A DNA stretch of 64,000 bases from Clostridiaceae bacterium. GTDB lineage: Bacteria > Bacillota > Clostridia > Acetivibrionales > Acetivibrionaceae. Both the position numbers and the translations under genes were made by a program. The notes beneath the pieces are model-generated. The model was not told the origin of the DNA. It ran no database searches and saw only the letters and a list, made by a program, of their open reading frames with translations. Location: NCBI GenBank assembly GCA_012519925.1, contig JAAYPF010000007.1:16232-80231 (forward strand), given 5' to 3'. Shown here one piece after another: positions 19,061-29,248 of this stretch; the stretch's first letter is position 1; each line of letters starts with the position of its first letter.

Positions 19061-19672
19061 ATGAATGCTTTTGAAAAGGGGCTTTGCGACTACATAGAAA
19101 AAGAGTGCTTAGAAAAAATTCAGAAGTTAAAGATTGGAATCGCGGGAGCTGGAGGTTTGGGGTCAAATTGTGCTTTGAACCTTGTAAGAAGCGGATTTAA
19201 GAGCTTTAAAATAGTGGATTTTGATGTTGTTGAGGCTTCAAATTTAAACCGGCAGTTTTACTTTTTGGATCAATTAGAAACTCCAAAGGTGGAGGCACTT
19301 AAATCAAATCTTTTGAGAATTAATCCTGACTTAGAAATAGAAGCTATTAATACTAGAATTGAGCGAGAAAATATAAACCAGCTATTTGAAGAATGTGATA
19401 TTGTAGTGGAAGCCTTTGACAAGGCTAAGTATAAGACAATGCTAGCAGAATGCCTTTCTTCTTCGGGAAAGCTGATTGTATGTGCATCAGGACTAGGCGG
19501 ATGGGGGAAAAGTGATGATATCAGAGTGAAAAAAGTACATAAAAATTTCTATATGGTAGGGGATTTTGTAAGTGAAGTTAATGCTGATACACCCCCCATT
19601 TCTCCTAGAGTAAATATTGCTGCAGCAAAACAGGCAGATATAGTCTTAAGCATTGCAATGGAAAATCTATAG
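19061..19672 (+). CDS. thiF: ThiS adenylyltransferase
   Basis: GAGGLGS, DFDVVEASNLNRQ, VEAFD, SGLGG. Confidence 0.92.
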   Translation: MNAFEKGLCDYIEKECLEKIQKLKIGIAGAGGLGSNCALNLVRSGFKSFKIVDFDVVEASNLNRQFYFLDQLETPKVEALKSNLLRINPDLEIEAINTRIERENINQLFEECDIVVEAFDKAKYKTMLAECLSSSGKLIVCASGLGGWGKSDDIRVKKVHKNFYMVGDFVSEVNADTPPISPRVNIAAAKQADIVLSIAMENL

Positions 19673-19745
19673 AAATAACAATTACGAAGAAAGAGGGTTT
19701 TATAGAATTTTGAAATTAGCTAAATAAGTTGTAGGGTGTGATTAA

Positions 19746-20393
19746 GTGGGGAAACGTAAGGGTATCATTGACACCGACCTATACTGCATAACTTCAGAGG
19801 AACACTCTAGAGGCAGAACTAATATAGAGGTTGTCAGGGAGATGATAAAGTCAGGTGTTAAAGTAATCCAATACAGAGAAAAGGAGAAAAGCCTTTTACA
19901 TAAGTATAATGAATGCTTACAAATTAGGGCTATGACACAAGAGGCCGGTGTTACATTTATAGTTAATGATAATATTGATATAGCGATTTTGGTGAAAGCA
20001 GATGGAGTGCACATAGGTCAGGATGATCTTCCAATTGAGAAAGTAAGGGAACTGGTGGGAGAGAAAATGATAATAGGTTTATCAACCCATTCGCCTAAAC
20101 AAGCAGAAGAAGCAGTAAATAGGGGAGCCGATTATATAGGTGTTGGTCCAATTTATAAAACCTATACCAAAAAAGGCGTGTGTGATCCAGTAGGTCTTAA
20201 GTATCTCAGCTATGTTGTTGGGAAAATTTCCATTCCCTATGTAGCCATAGGTGGAATCAAGGAGGACAACGTATTTGAGGTGTTAGAAAGGGGAGCTAAG
20301 TGCGTGGCAATGGTGACTGAGATTGTTGGAGCAGACAACATTGGTAAGAAAATTAAAGAAATAAAAGAGAAAATGAAAAGAGGTGCTTTATAG
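19746..20393 (+). CDS. thiE: Thiamine-phosphate synthase
   Basis: [38 protein letters not shown]. Confidence 0.95.
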   Translation: MGKRKGIIDTDLYCITSEEHSRGRTNIEVVREMIKSGVKVIQYREKEKSLLHKYNECLQIRAMTQEAGVTFIVNDNIDIAILVKADGVHIGQDDLPIEKVRELVGEKMIIGLSTHSPKQAEEAVNRGADYIGVGPIYKTYTKKGVCDPVGLKYLSYVVGKISIPYVAIGGIKEDNVFEVLERGAKCVAMVTEIVGADNIGKKIKEIKEKMKRGAL

Positions 20394-21691
20394 TGTATAC
20401 AACGCAAATGGATGCAGCAAAAAAGGGTATAGTTACTAAGGAAATGGAAATTGTAGCTAAGAAGGAAGGCATGTACATAAAGGAACTTCTCGAGCTTATG
20501 GCACAAGGTAAAGTTATAATTCCTGCAAACAAAAATCATATAGCCCTTGATGCAGAAGGTATTGGCCGTGGAATGAGAACTAAAATAAACGTGAACATCG
20601 GAATTTCAAAAGACTGCTGCGATTTTGATATTGAATTGGATAAAGTAAGGAAGGCTCTTGAATTAAAGGCTGAGGCTATAATGGATTTGAGTTCTTATGG
20701 TAAAACTCAGGAATTTAGAAGAAGGCTCGTTTCCATGTCTTCTGCCATGATAGGTACAGTACCTATATATGATGCGGTGGGTTTTTATGATAAAGAACTT
20801 TCAGACATAACAGCTGAGGAATTCCTAGATGTAGTAGAAAGGCATGCTACTGACGGGGTTGATTTTATGACCATCCATGCGGGAATAAATAGGGATACGG
20901 CAAGGCTTTTTAAGAAAACAGGAAGACTCACAAATATTGTTTCAAGGGGCGGAGCACTTATGTTTGCATGGATGGAGGTCACTGGAAACGAGAATCCCTT
21001 TTATGAATACTATGACAAAATACTTGAGATTTTTTCTAAGTATGATGTTACTATGAGTCTTGGGGATGCATGCAGGCCTGGAAGTATAAATGATTCAACC
21101 GACGCTTCCCAGATTGAAGAATTGATAGTACTAGGAGAACTTACGAAAAGAGCTTGGGAAAGAAATGTTCAGGTGATGATAGAAGGCCCGGGGCATATGG
21201 CTATTAACGAGATAGCAGCAAATATGGTACTTGAAAAGAGGCTTTGTCACGAGGCACCCTTTTATGTACTAGGACCGATTGTTACTGACATTGCTCCTGG
21301 ATATGATCATATAACAAGTGCAATTGGTGGAGCAATTGCAGCTGCAAACGGAGCAGATTTTTTATGCTATGTTACTCCAGCGGAGCATTTGAGATTACCT
21401 GATATTAATGATATGAAGGAAGGCATAATAGCCACAAGGATAGCAGCCCATGCGGCAGATATTTCAAAGGGAGTCAAAGGTGCTAGGGATTGGGATTATA
21501 GAATGAGTGAAGCAAGGAGAAATTTAGACTGGGAAAGGATGTTTGAATTAGCAATAGATTGTGAAAAGGCTAAAAAATATAGAGAAAGTTCTATTCCTGA
21601 AAATGAAGATACATGTACAATGTGTGGTAAAATGTGTGCAGTACGGAATACAAATAAGATTCTAAAAGGTGAAAAACTCAATATACTTTGA
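20393..21691 (+). CDS. thiC: Phosphomethylpyrimidine synthase
   Basis: [43 protein letters not shown]. Confidence 0.97.
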   Translation: MYTTQMDAAKKGIVTKEMEIVAKKEGMYIKELLELMAQGKVIIPANKNHIALDAEGIGRGMRTKINVNIGISKDCCDFDIELDKVRKALELKAEAIMDLSSYGKTQEFRRRLVSMSSAMIGTVPIYDAVGFYDKELSDITAEEFLDVVERHATDGVDFMTIHAGINRDTARLFKKTGRLTNIVSRGGALMFAWMEVTGNENPFYEYYDKILEIFSKYDVTMSLGDACRPGSINDSTDASQIEELIVLGELTKRAWERNVQVMIEGPGHMAINEIAANMVLEKRLCHEAPFYVLGPIVTDIAPGYDHITSAIGGAIAAANGADFLCYVTPAEHLRLPDINDMKEGIIATRIAAHAADISKGVKGARDWDYRMSEARRNLDWERMFELAIDCEKAKKYRESSIPENEDTCTMCGKMCAVRNTNKILKGEKLNIL

Positions 21692-21710
21692 GAAGCATAA
21701 ACTAATTAAC

Positions 21711-21739
21711 TATGGGGGCAAAGGGGGGGAGCCCCCATA
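21711..21739. repeat. G/C-rich hairpin resembling the 3' module of repeat family B
   Basis: TATGGGGGC-AAAGGGGGGGA-GCCCCCATA; compare GGGGGTTAAACGGGGCGTAGCCCCC at 30408-30432. Confidence 0.45.
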
Positions 21740-22141
21740 ATATATAAAAATTTGGAGCTTACAAAAGTTAATATAAAATACTCCAATAAAACTTCTCGAT
21801 ACAAGTATTTCCTTCGATGTAAATATTTTGCTTAGAGTTTTCAATAAAAAACTGCAGCTAATTTCTGCCGCAGGCAAAATATAAAGTATAGAGGAAAAGT
21901 ACGTTTGCCGTACAGTTATATTATATAGATATATGAGCAAAATGTTAATAGGTAATATATACAAGAATGTTCTCAGATAGGTGAAGATTTCTGTTAAAAA
22001 TACATAAATCTATTTTAAACAGTATTGTTACGAATGCTAAAACGAAGTATGAGACCTAGATAGTAATAGATAAATATTTTTACAATATCTAATAACAATG
22101 TAATTTATTGGTTTGTAAAATTCATAGGACAATCCCAAAAA

Positions 22142-22195
22142 AGGAATAATAAAAAAGATTTTGTGAATGAACCACAAAATCTTTTTATTATTCCT
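22142..22195 (-). terminator. Long-stem terminator downstream of the SASP gene
   Basis: AGGAATAATAAAAAAGATTTTGTG / CACAAAATCTTTTTATTATTCCT near-perfect inverted repeat. Confidence 0.7.
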
Positions 22196-22286
22196 AATTT
22201 ATCAACAAAATATTTATTGATAAATATGCAACATTCAGATAACTAATATATTTTACAGTCTTATAAAGACCATTAAAAAAATAGCT

Positions 22287-22484
22287 CTACTTGTTAGATA
22301 ACTGTTGTTCTGCCATCTGAATTAACTTTTTAGTAATATTTCCACCAATTTTACCAGCATCTTTAGATGATAAATCACCGTTGTATCCTTGTTTTAAATT
22401 TACGCCAACTTGCGATGCAATTTCATACTTCATTTTGTCAAGAGCATTTGATGCACCGGGCACAACTTTTTGATTATTAGCCAT
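22287..22484 (-). CDS. Alpha/beta-type small acid-soluble spore protein
   Basis: ALDKMKYEIASQVGV, GDLSSKDAGKIGGNITKKLIQMAEQQ; RBS GGGAGGTG. Confidence 0.95.
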   Translation of the reverse strand: MANNQKVVPGASNALDKMKYEIASQVGVNLKQGYNGDLSSKDAGKIGGNITKKLIQMAEQQLSNK

Positions 22485-22883
22485 ATTGTATCACCTCCCT
22501 TGTTGGAATTAACTGCACTTAATTGCAAACATTCAGTAGTGAATCAAGTTTAGCCAAAGTAAAACTTTTTGATGCTTTGAAACATTTCAAAAAATTATCT
22601 ATACAATAATCAGATTAAAGCCTATCATGAAAGCTAAAGAGCTCTCAAATTTAGGAACATTATTTTGCAATGCATAAACGTAAATCAGATTTTTTGAAAT
22701 GGCGATTGCAAAGTTTTTTTGGAATCGTCTTAATTTTATTTACCTGAACAATATTATTTTGAGACAAAAATGAAACTTTTATGATATGAATTTTATAGCA
22801 AACTTTTTTGAAGGAATTTGAATTTGAATTGGAGAATAAATAATTAACGCTAAGTATAAGTGCTTTCTACTATTGGAGGTATT

Positions 22884-23405
22884 ATGTATATAATTAATGC
22901 CAAGTCCGAGGATATATATTTAATGGATATAAATCCCGCTAATTTGAAATATATGCTTCAATGGTATAATGATGAGGAATTTAGATATGCCACAGGGGTT
23001 GACGGGGATATAGAAATATACCAGTTAGCACAGATGTACAATATAGCCAAACAAGGTGAGAATCACTTCTGGGCAGGTGTTTTTATTACGTCTACAAGTG
23101 AAATGATTGGTATTATAAGGGGACAAATAAAAAAAACTTATCAGGCATCCCTTTGGATTAATACTCTGATTATAGATAAACCCTATCAAAATAAAAGATA
23201 TGGGACTAAAGCAGTAAATTTACTTATAAATTATGCTAAGCTAAAAAATAATGTTTCAAGAGTATACATAGCTGTTTCAGAACAAAACACAGGGGGTTGT
23301 AAATTTTGGACAAGCATGGGTTTTGAGCATTTTAGACGTATAAACAATTGTATTAGGCTTGGTGGAGAGTCATTAAATGCCATAATAATGTATAAACTGG
23401 TGTAG
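22884..23405 (+). CDS. GNAT-family N-acetyltransferase
   Basis: LIIDKPYQNKRYGT acetyl-CoA motif and N...KFWTSMGF; RBS GGAGGT before ATG 22884. Confidence 0.85.
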   Translation: MYIINAKSEDIYLMDINPANLKYMLQWYNDEEFRYATGVDGDIEIYQLAQMYNIAKQGENHFWAGVFITSTSEMIGIIRGQIKKTYQASLWINTLIIDKPYQNKRYGTKAVNLLINYAKLKNNVSRVYIAVSEQNTGGCKFWTSMGFEHFRRINNCIRLGGESLNAIIMYKLV

Positions 23406-23559
23406 TTTGTGATGCTATTTGTTCTACAGTCCTAGTGAAAATAGTCGATATATACTATAAGGAAAGTTTCAATTTGAGACGGTTATATTATGTAAACCAA
23501 AGAAAAAACGTGTTACAATTGATACAGGAGGTGTTTTGAGTGTTTAGGATATTTATGGT

Positions 23560-23588
23560 TTGACAAAGAAAACTCATACATGTATAAT
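23560..23588 (+). promoter_or_regulatory. Consensus sigma-A promoter of the NlpC/P60 gene
   Basis: TTGACA-17 nt-TATAAT. Confidence 0.85.
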
Positions 23589-23685
23589 GGGTTTGTCTAA
23601 TTTAAGGAAAGTCCTACAATATACGAGCAGATAATTTGTAAGCTTATAAGGATACAAAAGAAAGATATAAAGTAGGAGGTTAAGT

Positions 23686-24801
23686 ATGTTAAAGTGCAGT
23701 AAAGTAATTTTGTGTTCAGCAGTTTTAAACCTTTCGATTTTTCTTACGGTTTCTCTTTCTTATGCAGATGTCGATAAAAATACCACAGATCAGAGAAATT
23801 CAAACTTTCGAGATAATTCAATTATATCACTCAATATAGAAAATATGTTTAAGAACTCCCAAGCAACGATAGAAGAAAATATAGGTAATTGGTACAAAGT
23901 TAGTCTAGACGGCAAATCGGGTTGGATGTATGGAGAGGTTTTTCCAGTAGAAATTATAAAAGCTTCTCAAGATGCCAAAAGTTTAGAGCAACCCGAAGCT
24001 CCGACGCAAAAGTCACAGGATGAGAAAGATAAAAAGGATGAGGAAAAAGCTTCCACAACAGTAGAAAGTACCGATGAAAATAATGAGGAGGTTCAACAAG
24101 AGGTTGATCCCGAAAGCGAGGAAGCTACAAATCAAGCAGATGCAGATGTTGATGGTTCAAATAAGTCAGAGACTCTTGCAGCAGTGATTGAGGGAATAAT
24201 TACTGGAGATAATGTTAACATTAGAAAAGGACCAGGGACAGATCACGAAGCAATCAATCAAGTAAATACCAGTGACAAAGTAGAAATTTTAGGTAAATCC
24301 TCTGATTGGTACAATATTAGAACAAAAGATGGAGTAGAAGGTTGGATATATAGCCAATATGTATCCTATGGTTCTTCGTTTGCATCAAGAGGGGAAACAT
24401 CCAATTCGGATACTTCAGACATGGGGACTAAAATAATTGCCTATGCAAAAGACTTACTTGGAGTCAAGTATGTGTATGGAGGAACTTCAAGAAAAGGTTT
24501 TGATTGCTCAGGTTTTGTATGGTATGTATATAATAATTTCGGAATAAAGCTAAACAGAGTTGCATCGGATCAAGCAAAACAGGGAACTAAGGTGTCAAAA
24601 TCTAAGTTACAACCTGGAGATTTGGTTTTCTTCGATACAAACGGAGGTATGAACCATATTAATCATGTAGGAATTTATATTGGAAATGGCAGTTTTATTC
24701 ACGCATCCTCTGGAAGTAAGGCGAAAAAGGTTGTTATCAGCGATATAAACAGCGGTTTTTACAATGGATGTTATATGACTGCAAGAAGAATTCTTAAATA
24801 A
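23686..24801 (+). CDS. Secreted SH3b-NlpC/P60 peptidoglycan endopeptidase
   Basis: Signal peptide, SH3b (VNIRKGPG...WYNI...EGWIYSQY), acidic linker, YVYGG...FDCSG...HVGIY...FIHASS. Confidence 0.92.
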   Translation: MLKCSKVILCSAVLNLSIFLTVSLSYADVDKNTTDQRNSNFRDNSIISLNIENMFKNSQATIEENIGNWYKVSLDGKSGWMYGEVFPVEIIKASQDAKSLEQPEAPTQKSQDEKDKKDEEKASTTVESTDENNEEVQQEVDPESEEATNQADADVDGSNKSETLAAVIEGIITGDNVNIRKGPGTDHEAINQVNTSDKVEILGKSSDWYNIRTKDGVEGWIYSQYVSYGSSFASRGETSNSDTSDMGTKIIAYAKDLLGVKYVYGGTSRKGFDCSGFVWYVYNNFGIKLNRVASDQAKQGTKVSKSKLQPGDLVFFDTNGGMNHINHVGIYIGNGSFIHASSGSKAKKVVISDINSGFYNGCYMTARRILK

Positions 24802-24813
24802 GACATTACAACT

Positions 24814-24848
24814 AAAGATCTCAGGGACCTTTGTTCCCTGAGATTTTT
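24814..24848 (+). terminator. Terminator after NlpC/P60 gene
   Basis: ATCTCAGGGA / TCCCTGAGAT stem plus T tract. Confidence 0.85.
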
Positions 24849-24970
24849 CACTAGTTTGGAAGGTATATAAAAGTAAACAGTTTTATAGCTCGATTTTTTC
24901 ACTACCTGAAAGTAGAAAATTAAGTATTAATAGCTCTTTAGTATTTAATCACTTCGATAGGGGTGAATAT

Positions 24971-27403
24971 ATGAACAGACCACTTGTTTTGTTGAGCATA
25001 TCTTTTATGTCAGGTATATTACTTGCAAATCTTACTCGTTCTTATTGGTTTATGCTCTATTCCTGTATATTGCTTATTCTTTCGGCTATTGTGTATAGTA
25101 GGTTTAGAGATGGTCTAAAGTTTTTACTGTCTGGAATTATAATTATATATCTTTTTGGCGGTTTATATTATTTGTATACATATAATCAAAATGCAGATAA
25201 GTTCATTAAGTATGCAGGAGAACAAGTTTATATAAAAGGATATATAGATTCTGCTCCAAATGTTGATAGCAGTAAAGTGGTATACCAGCTCAAAACAGAA
25301 GAGGTAGGTATTCAAGGTCATAAAGAGCTAGATAAAGTTAAAGGAAAGATTATGTTATCTACATCTAGCCAAAACAGCGATTTTATAGATTATGGCACAG
25401 AAGTAACAGTAAGTGGAACCTTGAATATTCCCAAAGACAGAACCAACCCTGCGGGCTTTAGTTATAGGAGTTATTTAAGCCATAACGGAATTTCAGCAAC
25501 TATTTTTGTTATGGATTACAACATAAAAATTGGCGATAAGAATAAAGGGAATTTTTTGATACAATTAGGTTTAGATCTAAGAGCTAGAATTGTTAATGTA
25601 ATAAACAGAAGTTTACCGCCTCAACAAGCAGGATTGTTAAATGGTATGTTGATAGGCTACAAACAGGATTTGAGTGAAGAGGTACAGGAGGCCTTCAGTA
25701 TTTCGGGTTTGAGCCATATAATGGCAGTTTCCGGAAGTAATGTGGGGTTTATAGTGTTACCCCTTGTGTTTTTATTTAAAAAACTTAAAATACGACAAAA
25801 GTACGCGAATATAGCGATAATTGTAGTTTTGATACTGTTTATACTTGTTACAGGGTTTGAACCCTCAGTTTTAAGAGCTGTGATAATGGCTATTGTAATT
25901 TTAATTGGACAGATGATTTGGAGAGATACTGAGATTTTTACAAGCATATCCTTTGCAGCACTGGTTTTGCTTTTGTATAATCCCGGAATTCTTTTTAATA
26001 TAGGTTTTCAATTGTCTTTTGCTGCTACTATTTCTTTGGTGTTATTCTATAAGAACTTAAAACAGATGCTTAGTTTTAAGTTTATCCCGTCCTTCATTGT
26101 GGATGTACTTGCGGCAACAATATCAGCACAGATAGGTGTATTGCCAATTACCGTTTTTTATTTTAATACAGTATCTGTGGTTTCTATTATATCTAATTTA
26201 CTTGTTGTACCTGTAGTAGAGTTTATTACTATTCTAGGTTCGCTTATGGCCATATTAGGGCAAATACATATTGTTTTCTCTATACTTTTGGGATATATAA
26301 ATAATGTGTTATTGAGTTTTGTTCTTTATGTAACTAAGTTTTCTGCAGATATGCCATGGGCAGTTAAAACAATTATTACGCCCTCCATCCTTATGGTTAT
26401 TTGCTATTATGCAGTTATTATGTATTTCTTCTGGTACAGACCTAAATATAATACGAAATTAAATATAAAATATTGCATTATAGTGTTTTTATTGATATTT
26501 GGAACATTTATTTTTAGTGCACTTATTCCAAAAGGACTTGAGGTTGTATTTCTTGACGTTGGACAGGGTGATTCCGCCTTTATACGGACGAGCAAGGGTA
26601 AAACCATATTGATAGATGGAGGAGGGTACAGCAGTGCGTCAGCTAACAGTACAAGTGTAGGTGAAAATATTGTTATTCCCTTTTTACTTGATTATGGAGT
26701 TGATAGGGTAGACTTAATTGTTGCAACTCATGGGCATGATGATCATATGCAAGGATTGATACCCGTAATGAAAAAAATGAAGGTGGGTAACTTGATTATA
26801 CCGCAAGTACCTCTTGATAGTGGATTGAAAAAATTGTATGATATAGCACAAGAGGAGAAAATAAAAGTGCAGATGTGTGCAAAAGGTGACGTGATTAAGC
26901 TTGATAATTGGACGCGTCTTGATGTATTATGGCCTAAGGAAGATGCACTTATTCGAGAATCAGCTTCAAATAATAACTCATTACTGTTAAAATTAAGTTT
27001 TAGGGATGTCAAAATACTATTTACAGGAGATATCGAAAAAGAAGCTGAAGAAATTATTATAAAGGACAATGTGGATTTGAAGTCGGATGTATTGAAGGTG
27101 GCTCATCACGGATCTGATACATCAACAACTGAGGCTTTTCTAGAATGCACAAATCCTGATATAGCTGTTATAAGTGTTGGAAAAAACAATTTTGGGCATC
27201 CGTCTAAGGTTGTACTAAATAGACTTGAAGAAAGACAAATTATAGAATTTCGTACCGATCATGATGGTGCAATAGTGCTAAAGACATATGGTAGTGATAT
27301 CAAAGTAAAAAGAACTGTAAGAAATAACAAAAATAAATTTCTTCTTCTTTCACTTATAAGATATCTAGTGGATGGTTTATTTTATCCAATTTCTCTAAAG
27401 TAG
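24971..27403 (+). CDS. comEC: Competence protein ComEC/Rec2
   Basis: OB-like N region, SHIMAVSGSN, PSVLRA, GFQLSF; metallo-beta-lactamase domain DVGQGD, LIDGG, THGHDDH, TGDIE, HHGS. Confidence 0.95.
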   Translation: MNRPLVLLSISFMSGILLANLTRSYWFMLYSCILLILSAIVYSRFRDGLKFLLSGIIIIYLFGGLYYLYTYNQNADKFIKYAGEQVYIKGYIDSAPNVDSSKVVYQLKTEEVGIQGHKELDKVKGKIMLSTSSQNSDFIDYGTEVTVSGTLNIPKDRTNPAGFSYRSYLSHNGISATIFVMDYNIKIGDKNKGNFLIQLGLDLRARIVNVINRSLPPQQAGLLNGMLIGYKQDLSEEVQEAFSISGLSHIMAVSGSNVGFIVLPLVFLFKKLKIRQKYANIAIIVVLILFILVTGFEPSVLRAVIMAIVILIGQMIWRDTEIFTSISFAALVLLLYNPGILFNIGFQLSFAATISLVLFYKNLKQMLSFKFIPSFIVDVLAATISAQIGVLPITVFYFNTVSVVSIISNLLVVPVVEFITILGSLMAILGQIHIVFSILLGYINNVLLSFVLYVTKFSADMPWAVKTIITPSILMVICYYAVIMYFFWYRPKYNTKLNIKYCIIVFLLIFGTFIFSALIPKGLEVVFLDVGQGDSAFIRTSKGKTILIDGGGYSSASANSTSVGENIVIPFLLDYGVDRVDLIVATHGHDDHMQGLIPVMKKMKVGNLIIPQVPLDSGLKKLYDIAQEEKIKVQMCAKGDVIKLDNWTRLDVLWPKEDALIRESASNNNSLLLKLSFRDVKILFTGDIEKEAEEIIIKDNVDLKSDVLKVAHHGSDTSTTEAFLECTNPDIAVISVGKNNFGHPSKVVLNRLEERQIIEFRTDHDGAIVLKTYGSDIKVKRTVRNNKNKFLLLSLIRYLVDGLFYPISLK

Positions 27404-27570
27404 TTTTTTACGGAGATTTTTGTTGTAAACAAGTTGTAGCAATACTTAAATAGAGAATTCAGAGCCTAGAGTGGATCAATATTCTGAATACTATGGTTCT
27501 GAATTCTTGTGTTATGGCTCACAATAAAATAAATGTGATATATAATTTTAATTTAGATAAAGGTGATTAT

Positions 27571-28584
27571 ATGAGTGTTGATGTTCTTAAGAAAGACATT
27601 AAAAGTAAAGAACTTAAGAATCTATATCTTTTCTATGGGCAGGAAGAATTCTTGAAAAAATATTATCTCGAAAGTATCGAGAAGGCTATTGTTGAAAATG
27701 ATCTTTCGTCGATGAACAAACTTGTCTTAGAAGGAAAATTCGAAATGAGCAAAATAGAAGAAGCTTGTGAGACTATGCCGGTTTTTTCTGAAAAGAAACT
27801 TGTTATTGTTAAAAATTCAGGTTTGTTCAAGTCGGCTAAAGATGGCTCAAAACAACAAAGTGCAAGAGATAGTATTATTAATTATTTAAAAAATTTGCCC
27901 TCCTATACGGTGCTTGTATTTTATGAAGAAGAAATTGATAAAAGGCTTAAGACTGTGGATGTAGTCAAAAAGAACGGGCTTGTAGTAGAGTTTCCTTTTC
28001 AGAAGCCCGCAGAATTAGTTAAGTGGGCTATAAAAGCTATAAATACTCACAAAAAGGAAATAAGTTTTGCAGATGCCTCTTATTTGATTGAACTTTGTGA
28101 ACAGGGAATGACAGAGATACTCAATGAAGTAAATAAACTGGTTATGTTTGTTGGGGAGAGAACAAAGATTACTGTACAGGATATTGAAAAGGTATGTACA
28201 AAATCTGTAAAGAGCAGGATATTTGATTTAACCGATGCGGTAGCCGAGAAAAATCTCGACAAAGCTCTCAAACTTCTGAATGATATGATTATATTAAGAG
28301 AACCTCTTCCAAAAATCCTATTTATGCTTACGAGACAGTTAAGACATGTGTTAGAGATGAAGCTTCTTACTTTAGAAGGTATGAGCGTTAAGGAAGCTTG
28401 TACAAAAATAGGAATCACACCCTATGCTGGGGGTAAGGTATCCTCTCAGGCAAAAAGTTTTAGTACCGACCAATTAAAAGAAGGTATTAAGGAAGCTTTT
28501 GAACTTGATCTTGCAATAAAAACAGGAAGAATAAATGATAGAGTTGCGGCAGAATTGCTTATAAATAAGCTTGCAAACGGTTAG
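27571..28584 (+). CDS. holA: DNA polymerase III delta subunit (likely ATG 27571)
   Basis: LYLFYGQEEF, PVFSEKKLVIV, IFDLTDAV, DLAIKTG; position comEC-holA-rpsT. Confidence 0.93.
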   Translation: MSVDVLKKDIKSKELKNLYLFYGQEEFLKKYYLESIEKAIVENDLSSMNKLVLEGKFEMSKIEEACETMPVFSEKKLVIVKNSGLFKSAKDGSKQQSARDSIINYLKNLPSYTVLVFYEEEIDKRLKTVDVVKKNGLVVEFPFQKPAELVKWAIKAINTHKKEISFADASYLIELCEQGMTEILNEVNKLVMFVGERTKITVQDIEKVCTKSVKSRIFDLTDAVAEKNLDKALKLLNDMIILREPLPKILFMLTRQLRHVLEMKLLTLEGMSVKEACTKIGITPYAGGKVSSQAKSFSTDQLKEGIKEAFELDLAIKTGRINDRVAAELLINKLANG

Positions 28585-28747
28585 TGTTTTTTTATAGGTA
28601 TTTGTACAAAAGTGCACGTTCTTAGGCTCTAAGCCTTGTTTAAAATGATGTAGTAGATAGCTATAAATGAGTGGTAGCTAGAAAGGATTTGTGAGCTGTG
28701 CTTTTCTAAATAATTTATAATAAAAGTAATGAACCTTCTTAGGAAAC

Positions 28748-28813
28748 AAAAACTCCGGGGCATCGAGCCCCGGAGTTTTTGCATCTTTCTCTTCGTTCGA
28801 AAGAAGCGTAAAA
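28748..28813 (+). repeat. Intergenic repeat family A, copy 3
   Basis: AAAAACTCCGGGGC-ATCGA-GCCCCGGAGTTTTT perfect 14-bp stem, then GCATCTTTCTCTTCGTTCGAAAGAAGCGTAAAA. Confidence 0.8.
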
Positions 28814-28839
28814 AAAACGTACTTTTATGTACGTTTTTT
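28812..28839 (-). terminator. rpsT terminator
   Basis: AAAAAACGTAC / GTACGTTTTTT stem right after the rpsT stop. Confidence 0.8.
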
Positions 28840-28840
28840 G

Positions 28841-29110
28841 CTATTTGGTTTTATTTGCAGCGTTATATGCCTTAGCAAGCTTAGACTTTCTTCTCGCAGC
28901 GGTGTTCTTGTGTAAAACATTCTTTGCTGCAGATTTATCTATAGTCTCAAACGTACTATTGAGAATAGTAGCAGCTGAAGCGTCATTAGTAGCTATTGCT
29001 TGTTTACATTTTTTGATAGTACTTTTCAAAATTGATTTATTAATATTATTCTTAAGAGTCTTAGCATTAGTTACTTTTACTCTTTTTATAGCTGATTTTA
29101 TATTTGGCAA
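28841..29110 (-). CDS. rpsT: 30S ribosomal protein S20 (TTG start)
   Basis: PNIKSAIKRV...IDKSAAKNVLHKNTAARRKSKL; RBS GGAGGTG. Confidence 0.97.
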   Translation of the reverse strand: MPNIKSAIKRVKVTNAKTLKNNINKSILKSTIKKCKQAIATNDASAATILNSTFETIDKSAAKNVLHKNTAARRKSKLAKAYNAANKTK

Positions 29111-29248
29111 TCCATTCACCTCCTGCGAGTTAATTAACAAGAAGTATTTTAACACGAAAGAAAATAAAAAGCAAGGTATTTAAAATGAAAAGTGTGAAAA
29201 AATATTGAGGTGGGACAATACAATTTTTTATTTTGAAAAGATGAAAGG

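Noticed and set aside
21850-21930. c-di-GMP-I (GEMM) riboswitch suggested by GGCAAA on both strands
   Set aside because: The GAAA tetraloop, GACGCAAAGC receptor stem and spacing are missing
23590-23685. c-di-AMP (ydaO) riboswitch or WalR boxes before NlpC/P60 and amidase genes
   Set aside because: No ydaO consensus; TGTAAA and TGTTAC half-sites are not 5 nt apart
27300-27403. Extra C-terminal tail of ComEC suggesting a lost stop codon
   Set aside because: Cannot be distinguished from normal length variation without orthologues
28827-29183. 118-aa + strand ORF over rpsT
   Set aside because: Antisense shadow of rpsT
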